64,000 nt of DNA from Eledone cirrhosa (lineage: Eukaryota). The stretch is taken from positions 61,690,001 through 61,754,000 of the forward strand of contig OZ024742.1 in the NCBI GenBank assembly GCA_964016885.1, in the 5' to 3' direction. A model generated the notes under the pieces. That model had not been told where the DNA came from. It saw nothing but the letters and a program-made list of their open reading frames with translations, and ran no database searches. A program made the translations under genes and the position numbers. The stretch's first letter is position 1. Each line of letters begins with the position of its first letter. Below are positions 14,510 through 28,615 of the stretch, piece by piece.

Positions 14510-14792
14510 TATTATGTTATATGTAATTGAATTATAAGCATGTTGTCCGGTATTGAAGTACTCATATGTAATATTATATGGATTTGAGCTGCCTATACCT
14601 CTGTATATTTATTGAAATGTTTTAATATTATCATATTATATTATATTATATTATATTATATTATATTATATTATATTATATTATATTATATTATATTATA
14701 TTATATGTAATTGAAATATGAGTATGTGTCCGGTTTGAAGTATTGATATGTAATATTGTATGAATTTGAACTGCTTACACCTCTGTATATTT
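14510..14792. repeat. ~95-bp diverged direct duplication separated by (ATATT)n
   Basis: atatgtaattgaa...ctctgtatattt occurs at ~14520-14610 and ~14703-14791; (ATATT)n 14632-14704. Confidence 0.8.
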
Positions 14793-15388
14793 GTTGTCTA
14801 TATATATTTATATATATTTTTTTTCACCATATTATAATTTATTATATGGTATTATTTTTTTTTTTTTCTTACCCTGTGAAATAATTTATGCACATTTTGT
14901 TGACTTTAAATGATACGTATGATGTACTTTTATATATTTTTTGATGTCAATATATTATTCCATTGATTCTGGTATTACTTATTCACACCGCCAGGGTGAT
15001 TATTCTATTATAATGTTTATATTTATATTTATATCTGTGTTAGTATGTGTTTGTGTAAATGTGTATATATGTGTGTCAGAGTGAGTGTGGATATATATAT
15101 ATTAAGTTTTTTATTTCTTATTATCTATTGTATTGTATATTGTATTATAATTCTCACATTGTATTACTATATTGTGTTTCATGTATTAGACTTATATTGT
15201 ACTTTCAACGTGGGTTTGTTTTAATATCTTACTTGCTCTCTTGCCCTATAGTCTATACTTACAAATGCACCCTTTTAGCTTTAGCATGTCTTTCCAAGTT
15301 AACTTTCCTAAATTTTCATAAATATCAATTCCCTATTCTTCTGAGTTTTGGCTTGTTCTGGCCGTTAATACTTCTTGTCTATTTCCTT

Positions 15389-15429
15389 GCTCTGATGAGT
15401 CCTTATTAATGGGACGAAACACTGTCAGC
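15389..15429 (+). ncRNA. Minimal type I hammerhead ribozyme
   Basis: gct-CTGATGA-gtcct tattaat gggac-GAAAC act GTC-agc; canonical core, GUC site. Confidence 0.85.
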
Positions 15430-15576
15430 TAATAAAGACTTTTGATGTATTGAAGGCTTCTTTGCATATTTTTTATAATTTTTCGGCTCTGTTGGATAAT
15501 ATTGAGCTATATCCTATACTGTCATTTCTCTAATACGACGAGTGTGTTTCACTCCAATGCACTCTAGTATGTTAAT

Positions 15577-15649
<73 letters not shown>

Positions 15650-15660
15650 ATTTATATGTG

Positions 15661-15719
<59 letters not shown>

Positions 15720-15730
15720 ATTTATATGTG

Positions 15731-15791
<61 letters not shown>

Positions 15792-15796
<5 letters not shown>

Positions 15797-15952
15797 AACG
15801 AGTAGGACCCCGGCGGCTAAGCTCAAGCCGTCGAAACGGCTTGAGCTTAGCCGTCGGGGTCCTACTCGTTCCTATTACCCACTCTACTACCCTAAGTATT
15901 GAGTACTTTGGTGCGTTATGGTCCACCTGGTTCCTTACCACATTTCCTTCGT

Positions 15953-15954
<2 letters not shown>
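15792..15954 (+). mobile_element. Palindromic PLE-terminus derivative in (TA)n
   Basis: Inverted repeat 15792-15875 centred on gccg-tcgaaa-cggc, followed by an 80-bp tail shared with 27808-27886 and 36843-36921. Confidence 0.85.
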
Positions 15955-15992
<38 letters not shown>

Positions 15993-16204
15993 GAAAATAC
16001 TGTGTGTTTCTCTATGATATATGGCTATATACATATATTATTTATTTGACTTATTGATGCTCTGGACAAATGCCCAATGAGCTATTCTGCTGCGAAAATT
16101 ATTCATCATACATATTGTATATGTTATGATACATTAAATTATTATCTATACAAATACGTCAACTACCATTATTTTATATATATATATCCATTAATATTAC
16201 AAGG

Positions 16205-16279
16205 GGTCTGACGAGTCGCGGATTATAGAGTCAGGTCAGATCGAACCTTGAGCTGATCAGTGGCGAAACGCGCGTCACC
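16205..16279 (+). ncRNA. Type I hammerhead ribozyme with palindromic stem III
   Basis: ggt-CTGACGA-gtcgc...gtggc-GAAACGCGCGTC-acc, within a solo terminus 15990-16335 between (TA)n tracts. Confidence 0.82.
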
Positions 16280-16328
16280 AAACAATAAACGTAATGTAGG
16301 AGTAACCAATCGTCCTTGTTATATTATT

Positions 16329-16405
<77 letters not shown>

Positions 16406-16503
16406 GATGGGCTCCAGCAGGTTTTAAATGCCCAAGAAATGTCGTACGAGTATGTCATTAGAGCGCCCCTATGACTACCTCACGAGTTACTGGACCACAC
16501 ACA

Positions 16504-16587
<84 letters not shown>

Positions 16588-16734
16588 ATATATAAACATA
16601 TATATATATATATATATACATATATAAACATATATATATATATACATATATATGTGTGTGTGTAAGTATATATATATATATATATATATACATACACACA
16701 CATATATACAATACATATACATGTATACATATGG

Positions 16735-16975
16735 GTTATATCGAACATTAATAATTATGTTCGATTCGTTTGAAGCTGTGCCGTACCGGTGACCGATTGT
16801 TACCTGTTTGTTCAACACTGGCTTTGAGGAACAATCAACATGTTTTGGGGTCATTACCCTCCATCAGGACTATATACCACTGCCAATCTGTTGAACGGTT
16901 GAAAATATATAGTATTTTATTAACTACACATCGGCTGAGTATCTTCATTTGTATACCGAGCCTACAAAACACAGC
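16735..16975 (-). mobile_element. PLE-type terminal repeat with degenerate HHR
   Basis: Homologous to the 33610 tandem unit; minus strand CTGATGG aggg..cccc AAAACATGTT is a damaged core. Confidence 0.5.
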
Positions 16976-16989
16976 TTTATCCAAATTTT

Positions 16990-17250
16990 TCAGCGTATGC
17001 GTTGAAGAAATATTCTTTATACTAAAATGTAAGAACTCTATTAATTTGCGTAATAACCTATTTAGTTCTTGTAAACATCGTTTAAATTCAACTTTTAGAT
17101 ATATATATAAAATGTAATATATGGTTAATCTTCCTTACATAATGTTTTCTCTATCCAAACACCTATAATCTAATTCCTCAGATTATTTCCATATATGGCT
17201 CAAGAATTTAATATAATTCTAATTTTAATAACTTCGTAAATATATAAAAT
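16990..17250 (+). mobile_element. PLE GIY-YIG C-terminal fragment
   Basis: CVEEIFFILKCKNSINLRNNLFSSCKHRLNSTF closely matches the end of ORF 62880-63830. Confidence 0.85.
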
Positions 17251-17255
17251 ACAGA

Positions 17256-17718
17256 TAAATTTCTTTAAGACGTTTGGAAGCCTCGACAATGCAGATTGGT
17301 AAATCTCCGGGTAACAGGATTCGGTGGTAGAGAGAGAGATGTAAGTGGGTGTACGTTGAGATGCGTGGCGTGTATAAGACGTGTAGAGGAATGAAGGATA
17401 GAGCGTAAAGGATAAAAATAAAATTAACAACACGAGAGAGAGTTACCTTGGGAGAGATTTAATTGTCCCTATATATTTCGGATTCACATCCATCATATAT
17501 AGGGACAATTAAATCTCTCCCCAGGTAACTCTCTCTCGTGTTGTTAATTTTATTTTTATCCTTTACGCTCTATCCTTCATTCCTCTACACGTCTTATACA
17601 CGCCACGCATCTCAACGTACACCCACTTACACTCTCTCTCTCTCTACCACCGGATCCTGTTACCCGGAGATTTACCCATCTGCATTGTCGAGGCTTCCAA
17701 ACGTCTTAAAGAAATTTA
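17256..17718. repeat. ~220-bp near-perfect inverted repeat with 18-nt spacer
   Basis: Arms 17256-17476 and 17495-17718; the mirrored ORFs 17200-17433(-) and 17538-17768(+) confirm it. Confidence 0.95.
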
Positions 17719-19279
17719 CCTTATTATTCCACAATGCTTCAAGCAAACTTCAATACTCTCTCATATAAAATACACTTATTAAATTTTTAACTTACTCCTT
17801 AAAACCTTTACTTTCTAATATTTCTACTTCATAAATATACTTTATATTATTACACTTATCAATCCTACCTCCAAAAAATATATCATAACCTTTTTGAATG
17901 ACTACTTGAAATTCTTTTAAGAAAATGTTTTCGAAAATTTAAAAAATTTTCTTTGAAAGACTTTTTGAAAGTTTTATTTTTTTATTTTTTGTAAAAGTTT
18001 TTGAAAGATTTTTTTTGAAAGATACGGAACAACTATTATTTTCATATCTTCCAATATTTTTATATCTTCCAATATTTTAAACATTTTTAATATTTATGTA
18101 TTTTCATATATTTCCAAATACTTCTATATATTTGGAATAATGTATGGTTTATGTTTTAATTATATTTTAAGATGAATTTTTATAACTTCTTATAACTTTT
18201 TAAGAGATTTTTATGTATCCTTGGAGTCATTTGAGTTTTTAAAAAAAAAACCTTTTAAACTTCCTTATTGTTTTTTATAATCTCAATTTTTATAGTCTTA
18301 ATTTATAGTCTGAATTTTTAAATGGTTTTAGTATATACTTCTAATTAAGTACTTAATCCTTTGTAAACTCTCGTAATTTTTCGTAATATTTGGAATTTTT
18401 TAAGTGTTTAAGATTTGACTTACAACTATTAACAAATTCTGGCTAAATATAATTTTGCCAAACTTACTTTAATTAAATAAACAAAACTAGATTCTAAATA
18501 TTTTTCCAATGTAAAATACTATACATTTAAATCATTTATCGTCTATAACATAACATACCCATCTAAACCCATATTTTATTAATACATCTTAATATATTTT
18601 AAATACTTCTTATTTTTAATTAAATTTAACAGTATTTTTATTTATTCTTAATTTAATGTTTAACTTATCATTATAAATATAGTATTAGGTTTAATATAAA
18701 CATAGCATAATGAACGTTATATTTACGATTTTAGTATCCTGCCCTGCAAAAACTCATTTCTTCGCTCGCTCTTCCTTTATTTTTTTCACTATCACTCTAC
18801 ATAATCTTGTCTCTCTCTTTCTTTTTCCCTTTTTATCACCCTTTTTCTTTCTTCTTCTCTCTTTCTCTTTCTCTTTTTTTTTCTCTCTCCCTTTCACTAC
18901 TTTCTTCCAACAGTTTAATTTAAATAAACCGTTGTTTTTTCAATTTTTCTGACACTCGTTTGCATACTTACTCATAACTTTGAATCACCCTCAATAACAT
19001 ATTTTTTACACTATCCAGCGAACCTCAACCGTTAAGGCTGTCTTTATGCGGGTATGTCAATATTTATAAAACAAATTTGTATTTTATCTGATGAAAGCGC
19101 ACCAAAATTTGCCTTGATTGCCCTTGAAATATATATAATAAAATAATTATGGTTTTATAAATATAGTTTCCATTTATTAATATATTCAATATTTACTCCA
19201 CTAATCTGTTGAGTGCTTTATATCAGTTATACAAATGTTTAAGCTTGTTGAATCCCAACAAATTAAATATAACCCCTGC

Positions 19280-19280
<1 letters not shown>
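17495..19280 (+). mobile_element. Non-coding PLE 3' UTR/pLTR ending in (TA)n
   Basis: 19075-19185 is homologous to the reverse complement of 61150-61260, the end of the PLE carrying ORF 62880; both have a pyrimidine-rich tract upstream. Confidence 0.65.
19082..19143 (+). ncRNA. Minimal type I hammerhead ribozyme
   Basis: ttttat-CTGATGA-aag...ctt-GAAATATATATA-ataaaa; 6-bp stem I, palindromic stem III, AUA triplet. Confidence 0.78.
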
Positions 19281-19313
<33 letters not shown>

Positions 19314-19314
19314 C

Positions 19315-19520
19315 AAAGGTAAACAGAAATAACAGCACGATCGATACAGTATATGGAAGGAATATATTAGGTTAAAGCTTGAAATAGAAGGAAGAGGGTC
19401 TTAACGTTTCGGACGCTACTCCTTCATCTGAAGAAAGAATTAGAAATAAGATAGATTGAAGGGACGGGCGGGGTGGGATTGAAAAAAATGTTTTTGGATA
19501 AAATTAACAGGGCCATTCAT
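19315..19520 (-). mobile_element. PLE-type terminal repeat with HHR (19399-19434, CAGATGA core)
   Basis: Second copy at 37080-37284. Confidence 0.75.
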
Positions 19521-19565
19521 GTTGACATCTCTTGGAAAACTATATATATATATATAGATATATAA

Positions 19566-19980
19566 ACAAATAGTAAAAAGGAAACAATTCAGTAGAAAAT
19601 GCTGGAGGGATTTTTTCAGTATAATATCAAAACATTTATTTATAAAGTGGGTATTTCCGCATTTAATAGTGGTAACGGTTTCAGCATTATATGCTTTTTC
19701 AACGGATGTGCAGAGTGCAGTTAAGTTGCACAATGTGCATTTATACGAATAATAATAAAATGGGGAAGAAGAATTATTAGTTTTTACATATATATTTTAT
19801 TATTATTCGTATATATATGCAACTTAACTTTGTACATCCGCCGTTGAAAAAGCATATAATCCTGAAACCGGTACCACTATTAAATGCGGAAGTACCCACT
19901 TTATGAATAAATGTTTTGATATTATACTGAAAAAATCCCTCCAGGATTATCTACTGAATTTTTTCCATTTTATTATTTGT
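19566..19980. repeat. Diverged ~190-bp inverted repeat, each arm with a hammerhead-like TTGAAAA...GAAACCG(G/T)TA motif
   Basis: Arms 19566-19761 and 19794-19980 are reverse complements with scattered mismatches. Confidence 0.85.
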
Positions 19981-20018
19981 TGATATATAACAACTCGTGT
20001 GCTACTTTTCTACATTCG

Positions 20019-20128
<110 letters not shown>

Positions 20129-20169
20129 ACTTTTGTACATAGTTATGTAATAAACAACATGAGATAATT

Positions 20170-20244
20170 AATTCATTTACCAAAGGTTTCGCGAAGACAG
20201 ACGAGCTTGACACTTACGTCTGCATTCAATCATCAGAAAGAATT
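20170..20244 (-). ncRNA. Type I hammerhead ribozyme
   Basis: Minus strand ttt-CTGATGA-ttgaatgcagacg..cgtctgtcttcgc-GAAACC ttt GGTA-aat. Confidence 0.75.
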
Positions 20245-20346
20245 ATCTTATGTTGTTTATTACATTACTAAAAAGCTCTGTAGCCTACATAGAGCACTCT
20301 CTTTACTTGTCTACATATATATATATATATTACTTTTCTAAATTCC

Positions 20347-20377
<31 letters not shown>

Positions 20378-20579
20378 GTTCAAGAGTAAACCAATCTTAA
20401 AGAGAGAGATGGAGATAGGAGAGGAGAAGAGAGATTGGTGAATAGTTAGAAGCCAAAAGCGTAAAGGCATGTGCTCAATGTGCAATATGAAGTGAAAGGC
20501 AGCTAGATGGCTGGCTTCATGCAGAGGTTAGGTGCACAGAGCTGGAAATATTCATTAGTTAAGCAAAAGAAGACCACAA

Positions 20580-22246
20580 ATTTGACAAGGAAGACATTAT
20601 TTAAAGATTGTCAACATAGTTGTAGTTTAATGTAAGGAATGTAAGGAATAATAATAATACTAATAATGTCCGTTTACAATTGTTTCGCTACTCCATATAA
20701 TGTTTCTGGATCAAATGATTATAGATCATTATTGATCTGGTTCAGATGAAGATAATTAACTTAGGTAAAAATGGAGCAGTTCATCGGAACTTCAAAAGAG
20801 ATAATGAAAATATTGATAATATTAAGGTAAAGAAAGATGGTTACATGAATGTAGTGTTCCATATATTGGTATTTCACTATGGTGTCCTGGGTCTATCTAT
20901 TGTCTGCCATAGGCGAGCAATGTTCTTCTGTCGCGGCTGCATTATGCGAGATCTGCCTATGGGTAACAAGATGGCCGCCTAAGGATATATTTACCTTACT
21001 AATTAGAAGCTGGTTTCAGGGGAAGTACCTCCTCGAGAAGTTAGAAATTGTAGGTGGTTTATAGTTAAGAAGTGCTAATGAGGTTAAGTGAGAGACAATG
21101 TAAGGGAGGTAACTTATAATTATCTAAGTTAGGGTTAACTATTTAACATGTTAGCTATAAGTAAAAGTGGGATTAGATGACTATGTTCGGTCAAATATTC
21201 TGTTGGCGAAGGAATTTGCCCTTCGATGTTGACAGTTAATAGTTACCTCCGTTCTATCATTAACCGGTAGAGGTATTGATAGAGTTGTGTAATAGGCTTC
21301 GGTCAGACAGAGATCACAAGAGTTTCTTCGTCCATTGAACGGTTGGGCTCTAGCCAATATATCCCATGTTAGTGAGTGTTCAATGCTGGTTAATTTAAGG
21401 TTTTTAATGAGCCTAGCTAGAGATGTTGAACATCTATTGCTAGGGTCTCGGAAGGAAAAATGAATGCGCGTTATAGCGTACCTTAAAATGGTTAGGGGTA
21501 GAGCCAATATAGGAGCTGGTATGCGATGCTGTTTTAACTGTGCACCTATAAACTATATTGGGTGTAAGGCATTCTCCGTTTATTGGGCATGCATTAGGGT
21601 AACGGCAGTTGCAGTTACTACTGCGGTTAGTGAGAGTAGGGTTGTTTAAACTATGCGGTTGGTGCGTGCTAGAAGGATTAGATTGGGTAGGTATGCTACT
21701 AGAGTAAGTATTGGTGTAGTGGCGTGGTGTATTTGAGGGTGGGGTACCGCGGTGTGGGAGTTATACTGTCTTAATTTATGATGGTTACTGAATGCGATGT
21801 GGCTAGCTAGGTTAGGTGTTGTGGAGAATGAGATTTTAATGTTGTTTTTATTAAAGAGTTTGTAATATCTATGGTTGGGGTGGGGAATGTTTAGATAGGA
21901 TAGAGAAGAAGCGTTTAGGGATATTAGTGGCTAAGTTAGATTAGAATGGGGGGGTTAATCCAGGTGATATTTCTAGGCCTATTCCTTCTAGCGGTTCTAG
22001 TTGAATTGGCAGGGGCCTTTATAGAGTTATTATTACCTGTGCATTTGTTATTTTTCATCCCATTGCTCATTCCTATTCTAGGGTTGATTTTGAGTCTGCA
22101 ACTGGGAGTGGGAAGTAGCCCTCTGCCACCATTAAGGTTCCCTGTATAGGTGCTGTTGCTGCTAAAATTCCGGCGTATCTGGCTATATGCTAAAGTATTT
22201 CTAGTTCTAGTGTTAAGTTTATTATGGTTGTGGTGAAGTGCTGTGT
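20580..22246 (-). mobile_element. Decayed Penelope-like element (WINPP / GIY-YIG) with inverted internal copy 22247-22470
   Basis: ORF pieces RNITWINPP and TSLARLI..LTWDILARAQPFNG..CDLCLTE; 21677-21893 is mirrored at 22247-22470. Confidence 0.85.
20672..20790 (-). ncRNA. Type I hammerhead (U4C core) with long stem II
   Basis: Minus strand gtt-CCGATGA-actgctccat...atggagtagc-GAAACAATTGTA-aac. Confidence 0.65.
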
Positions 22247-22470
22247 TAAACATCCCCCTCCCCTCCAACCATAGATATTACAAACTCTTTAATAAAAACA
22301 ACATTAAAATCTCATTCTCCACAACACCTAACTCAGCTAGCCACATCGCATTCAGTAACCATCATAAACTAAGACAGTATAACTCCCACACCGCGGTACC
22401 CCCCCCCCCCTCAAATACACCACGCCACTACACCAATACTTACTCTAGTAGCATACCTCTCCAATCTAAT

Positions 22471-24298
22471 TATGTGGGGCGGTGAGAACAATTACACGCA
22501 AAGACAAATCCACGTTTATGGTATAACTGAAGTCGTAGACTAAAATTCTATTTCGGAAACCGAATGATTCTCGGCTTCAGAGTTAAGAATAATGTAAATA
22601 AATTACAGAGGTAATTGAAATCAACAAAAATTAAATATATACATGAACGCATCCATATACGTACATACACATGCATGCGCGAAAACACCCGCCATGGGTA
22701 TGCAAATACAAGCAGGTACACATAAAAACACGCACGCACATACAGAACCCACAAAATACCTGTACCCGCACACATACGAACGTATACACCAAATACACAT
22801 AAAAATATATATTAAAAAATATATATATATGTGTGTGTGTGTACGTGTATACATATAATTATATAAACGTATATAAATATATACACATATAATTATATAA
22901 ACGCATATAAATATATACACATAAATACGTATATAACGCGCGCTCACACATACCTACATGTAAATACACATATGTTTGCTAAACGTACGTCAACCAAAAC
23001 ACAAAGTACACATATACACACACCCCACATACGTACGAACCCGCATACTCACACAGACGCAAAACTCACGTATACACATAACCATATGCACATGTACCAG
23101 TATATATAATATAATATATGTGCCTATAACATATACAAGCAAATATACGTACGAGAAAGTATACCTACCTTCACAAAACATACAGGTAATATATACTTAC
23201 CTATACAAATAAGTAATGGTATAAACATAAATATACTTAGCTACCACATCAAGACGTAAAATATCCGCGTATAGTTCGTACTATCCGTTAAGGTATAATG
23301 TGGGGCTGTAATACAGGAAAATTTTGTGCAATTTATGTTTACAAGCCGAAATTGCCTCAGATTTTTTGTTTAAGATGTGGTCTTTGGCGTAGAGTATTTC
23401 CAGGACTTCAGCGACGCAGAGGTCACATGGTCTTTTATTTCCGTTATACGATCTAGCCCTAGCTAGGATCTCCAGTGTAACTTATATTGGGTGTGGTTGT
23501 CTTTTAGACTCCAGATATAAGCTGAAAGGGTTAAGAAAAGAATGGGTATGGATTTTAAGACGCTGCTTGAATCTATTGGCGGTTAACCCTATGTAGGCCC
23601 TACGGGACGTGGGTGTTTCAACCTTACATTTGTAGACAATGTTACTAGAGAGGCATTTCCCGGATAGGGGCGGTCAACCCGATTCTTACAATTACAGTTA
23701 GTACTAGCTACAGGGTTGCACGTGTTCCTACGGCTAGGTAATTTAGATAAATTTGAAGCTGTGATGTTATGTGCAATGTTAGGAGTCGTAGAGTAAGATA
23801 TTTTAATGGTATTTCTATTAAAAATTTTACTATATTTATGTGCTGGGAGGAAATGCTTCATAATAAGGGAGAGAAAGATCTTAGCTAATTGTGTGGCCAC
23901 CTCCATATTATATGGTGGGTTATACCATATAATGCGTCGGGATCTATTTTTCCTAGGTCTAATCTCATACTCGGTATATGCCACCTTATCGACAAATCCA
24001 CTCCGAGCAAGAGCTTCATTGTAATATGTGGAATGGTCGGTGAAAATATACTCGTTTGTAGATAGACGGGAAACCCTCAAAGAAACGTTTCTTACCAGGT
24101 TCTTGGTTATGCTGGCAGGATGGTTAGAATGCTTACTTATGTAATAAACGTATCATTCGGCTTTCTATACGGGTAGTGCAAACCATTCGACAAATTGATC
24201 TACGGTTCTTAAATATTTGAGATATTTGATATATTTTATATATATTTATCCTTATCGAGCCCTCTTTGGATTTTAGTCTTCAAATTTATTATTATTAC

Positions 24299-24300
<2 letters not shown>
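22471..24300 (-). mobile_element. Penelope-like element (WYNPPYN type) with inverted copy of its own family terminus at 24200-24300
   Basis: ORF 23589-24080 RVSRLSTNE..YNEALARSG..IIWYNPPYN..CNCKNR; EN remnant to ~23290; UTR homologous to 56230-56880. Confidence 0.88.
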
Positions 24301-24331
<31 letters not shown>

Positions 24332-24369
24332 ATGTGTGTGTGTGTGTGTATGTGTGTGTGTGTGTGTAT

Positions 24370-24896
<527 letters not shown>

Positions 24897-24905
24897 TCAT
24901 CGCCG

Positions 24906-24971
<66 letters not shown>

Positions 24972-26005
24972 GTACATACACATATATACATATACATTGT
25001 ACGTATAGGTTATATTGAACATTAAAATGATGATCGAGTCGTTTGTTAACAAACGTCCCGATTTGAAGCTGTGATAATAATTTGGATATAAAAAAAAAAC
25101 GAAACGGGTAGATATCTGTTTCCCTAAATAATTACATCAAGAATAATCTACTGTAAAAACATGCAGCCTGGTGATAAAAATGTGTGTGGGTGGGGGTAAA
25201 GTCGGGTGTAAGCCAATGATAACCCTTTTACAAGATCGCTCCGTATGTTTGAAATAGCAGCAAAATTTCCATCAACTGACACACTGCCATGTAAAAATGA
25301 GTGGAGAACACATTAGAGAATGTATTTTTAAAAGACATGGATACGGTGGGAATGGATTTAATGATATTTCTGTTGGATCAGGATTGACCTACGGTTAAAA
25401 GCAAAAATGAAAAAAAAAACGAGTCAGGCTCACAGATTTAAACTTTCTAATCAAGAAAACGAATGTGATACATATACACTCAACGAGTTTATCTTATTTA
25501 GTTATTTATTTTGCTATAAAAATATAATGAATAATGGCGGCTTTGAATATTATTAAGATGGCGTAAAATATAATATGATGTCAGCTTCTACTTCCTGTAC
25601 ACAGCAATTTTCGTTGTTTGGTCATCCTTTCATAAAATACATCCTGCTTACTTATTCACCAGATTCGAAGCCAAAATTATACAAAATCTCAAATCTATCG
25701 GAGTTCGAAAGAAAGAGGTTAAGAAAAGGCCTTTTGAAAATAACAGACTCGGCTTACTGGCGGACCATAATCAAACGGAATAATAAAACCATCTAACAGT
25801 GGAAATTAGTAGCTTTCATCTCTTCAATAAAAACCAGAAACCCATTAACTTTTACTTTGAGATTTTATAAATTGAACACAAGCTTCCAAAGTTTAAAAAG
25901 CTGCTGACACTATATCTTATCTATTTTATAGACAGCAATAAGTACGCACTTCTTATAGCCGTATCCAAGTCCCCACACAGAGACCCACAGAGACCTATAT
26001 ATATA

Positions 26006-26104
<99 letters not shown>

Positions 26105-26287
26105 ACGTGTGTGTGTGTGTATGTGTGTGTGTGTGTGTCTGTATATATATATACATATTTATGTATGTGTGTATGTGTGTGTGTGTTTATATATAATGTA
26201 TCAATCTGTATGCATATAATATATATATTTATACATTTACATATTCATATATAGGTATAGATACATACCCATATGTATGTATGTATG

Positions 26288-26344
<57 letters not shown>

Positions 26345-26439
26345 GAAACAAACAAAACACAGGAGGCAAAATTACACAGTTATATTAGCTTCGCACATAT
26401 ATATATATATATGTGTGTGTGTGTATGTATATGTGTGTG

Positions 26440-26521
<82 letters not shown>

Positions 26522-26572
26522 GTATATATATATATATTTGTATATACACACACACACATACATACGTATATA

Positions 26573-26643
<71 letters not shown>

Positions 26644-26998
26644 TTACATTCTCACGCATATTCATTTGATACATATATACAAATATGTATATATATGAAT
26701 ATATATGCGTGTCTTTGTTTGCGGTTTGGGTCTGTATACACACAAATACGTACATATAGATATATATGTGAAGGAGGTGGCTGCGTATATGTGTGTTGAT
26801 ATGTGTGTAGCTTGTTATTGTTTCTCTATTTATAAGTGACAAAGTACTGTCTCTAACCGACATTTAGCCAAAATAACATCATGTGAGAACCACAATAATG
26901 TTAATACCTATAACTGTTTTATTCATAGCTTATTTTTATCTATTTTTAGTACATATATTTTTTCTTGCAACTGTTTGATTTATTTGTGGTTGTTACTC

Positions 26999-27033
<35 letters not shown>

Positions 27034-27051
27034 GTTGTTGTTATTGTTAAT

Positions 27052-27258
27052 GGATTAGCAGTATCGGTAGAGGGTCGGACGCTATGCTTTGCAGCATAGA
27101 GTTATGGCCCTTTATGATCTGAGTTCAAATCCCGCCGAGGTTAAATTTGCCTTTCACCTTACGGGGTCGATAAAATAAAGTACCAGTCACGCACTGGAGT
27201 CGATTTAATCGACTTTCCCCTCCTCCAAAATTGCTGGCCTTGTGCCTATATAAGAAAC

Positions 27259-27293
<35 letters not shown>

Positions 27294-27505
27294 GGGTGGT
27301 GGTTTGGCAGTGTCAGTAGAGCCTCAGACACCATGCTTTGCAGCATAGAGTTATGGCCCTTTACGTTCTGAGTTCAAATCTCGTCGAGGTTAACATTCAT
27401 CCTCACGGAGTCGATAAAATAAAGTACCAGTAATGCACTGGGGTGGATTTAATCGACTTTCCCCTCCGCCTAAAATTGCTGGCCTTGTGCTTATATAAGA
27501 AACCA
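27052..27505 (+). mobile_element. Two tandem SINE family A copies associated with (TTA)n
   Basis: 27052-27262 and 27296-27505, each with A/B boxes and the ggccttgtg tail, separated by (TTA)n. Confidence 0.88.
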
Positions 27506-27667
27506 TTCTTATTGTTGTTGATGTTGTTAGTCTTATTTTTATTGTGTGTAGATATTGCATTACCGAGCACAGTTCTGTGTACCTTGAGTATTTGCAGTAG
27601 TGTTTATTTGTGTTATTTTTATTGTATTGGGAATCCCCTTCGTAATGTGTGCAGTGCTTAGTAGTGC

Positions 27668-27692
<25 letters not shown>

Positions 27693-27698
<6 letters not shown>

Positions 27699-27883
27699 AT
27701 GTTTAAGCTCGACGGCAGAGCTCAAGCCGTTTCGACGGTTATTTCTGTACTAGAAATAGCCGTCGAAACGGCTTGAGCTCTGCCGTCGGGGTTAAATATT
27801 TTCCTATTACCCACTCTACTACCCTAAATATTGAGTACTCTGGTGCGTCATGGTCCATCTGGTCCATTACCACACTTCCTTCG

Positions 27884-27886
<3 letters not shown>
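27693..27886 (+). mobile_element. Palindromic PLE-terminus derivative in (TA)n
   Basis: Inverted repeat 27693-27807 centred on atttct-gtact-agaaat, plus the shared tail. Confidence 0.85.
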
Positions 27887-27932
<46 letters not shown>

Positions 27933-28074
27933 GGGATTAAGGGTTTATATCTGTGTATTGTTATCATTCCCAAAGCACCTATTATTATCGAGATTGTTTA
28001 TTTTCATCGTCCACATTTCTATCTCCTAATTTTTATATTTCGATAAATTCTACATTCCCTTCATGCATATACTG

Positions 28075-28615
28075 TCGTCTGTATGGATAGATACATCAAT
28101 TAGAAGCTTTCGATGGGGTTGACCATCGATACAAGGAGGCTGTCCTCAAAGCATCTGACTTCGGTCTCGTCTTCAGATGCTGGAGCGCTGCAATGCACAG
28201 TGGCATCTGCTTGGTGGTCAAAGTAAAAGGCCTCCTTTCAGAACCGTTTCAGATCCCGCGATCGGTCCGATAAGGATGCCCACTCTTCCCCGCTGCTGCA
28301 CATATTGACTCTCGAGCCTTTACTGCGGAATCTGGAGTTGTTGCAGGGCATACCGCTCGAACAGGGACGTGGAAGGTCTGTGTCGGCATATGTAGACCAC
28401 ATTACCGTGTTGGTGTCGAACACCTCAGAAATCGAGGTGGTCGGCACCTTCTTAGAAGAGAATGAAAGATTGACGGGAGCAAAAGTGAACCCGGAAAAGT
28501 CGGTGAGTTTCCAGCTCGGCACCTTGAGAGGCATATCCATGTTGTTCAACAGCTGGACGGACGGATCGGTGAAGTTGCACGGGGTCTTGTATGGACCGGA
28601 TCTCCAAGTGGATAA
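28075..28615 (+). mobile_element. Tx1/L1-type LINE reverse transcriptase core remnant
   Basis: EAFDGVDHRY..SVR*GCPL..LEPLLR..SAYVDHIT (decayed YADD)..GAKVNPEKS. Confidence 0.82.

Larger units (their letters stand above)
12745..15580 (+). mobile_element. 5'-truncated Penelope-like element (FNPP / CxCx5C linker, probably Hydra-type) with long 3' UTR
   Basis: Open ORF to 13714: YFNPPYN..TNIP..FPP.NKY.SIFN, CNCRLSNNCPLNGHCL, IVYAC..TYIGST..FKTRFNSH, CNLCILE; ~1.85 kb UTR with HHR ends in (TA)n. Clade name is from recall. Confidence 0.9.
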
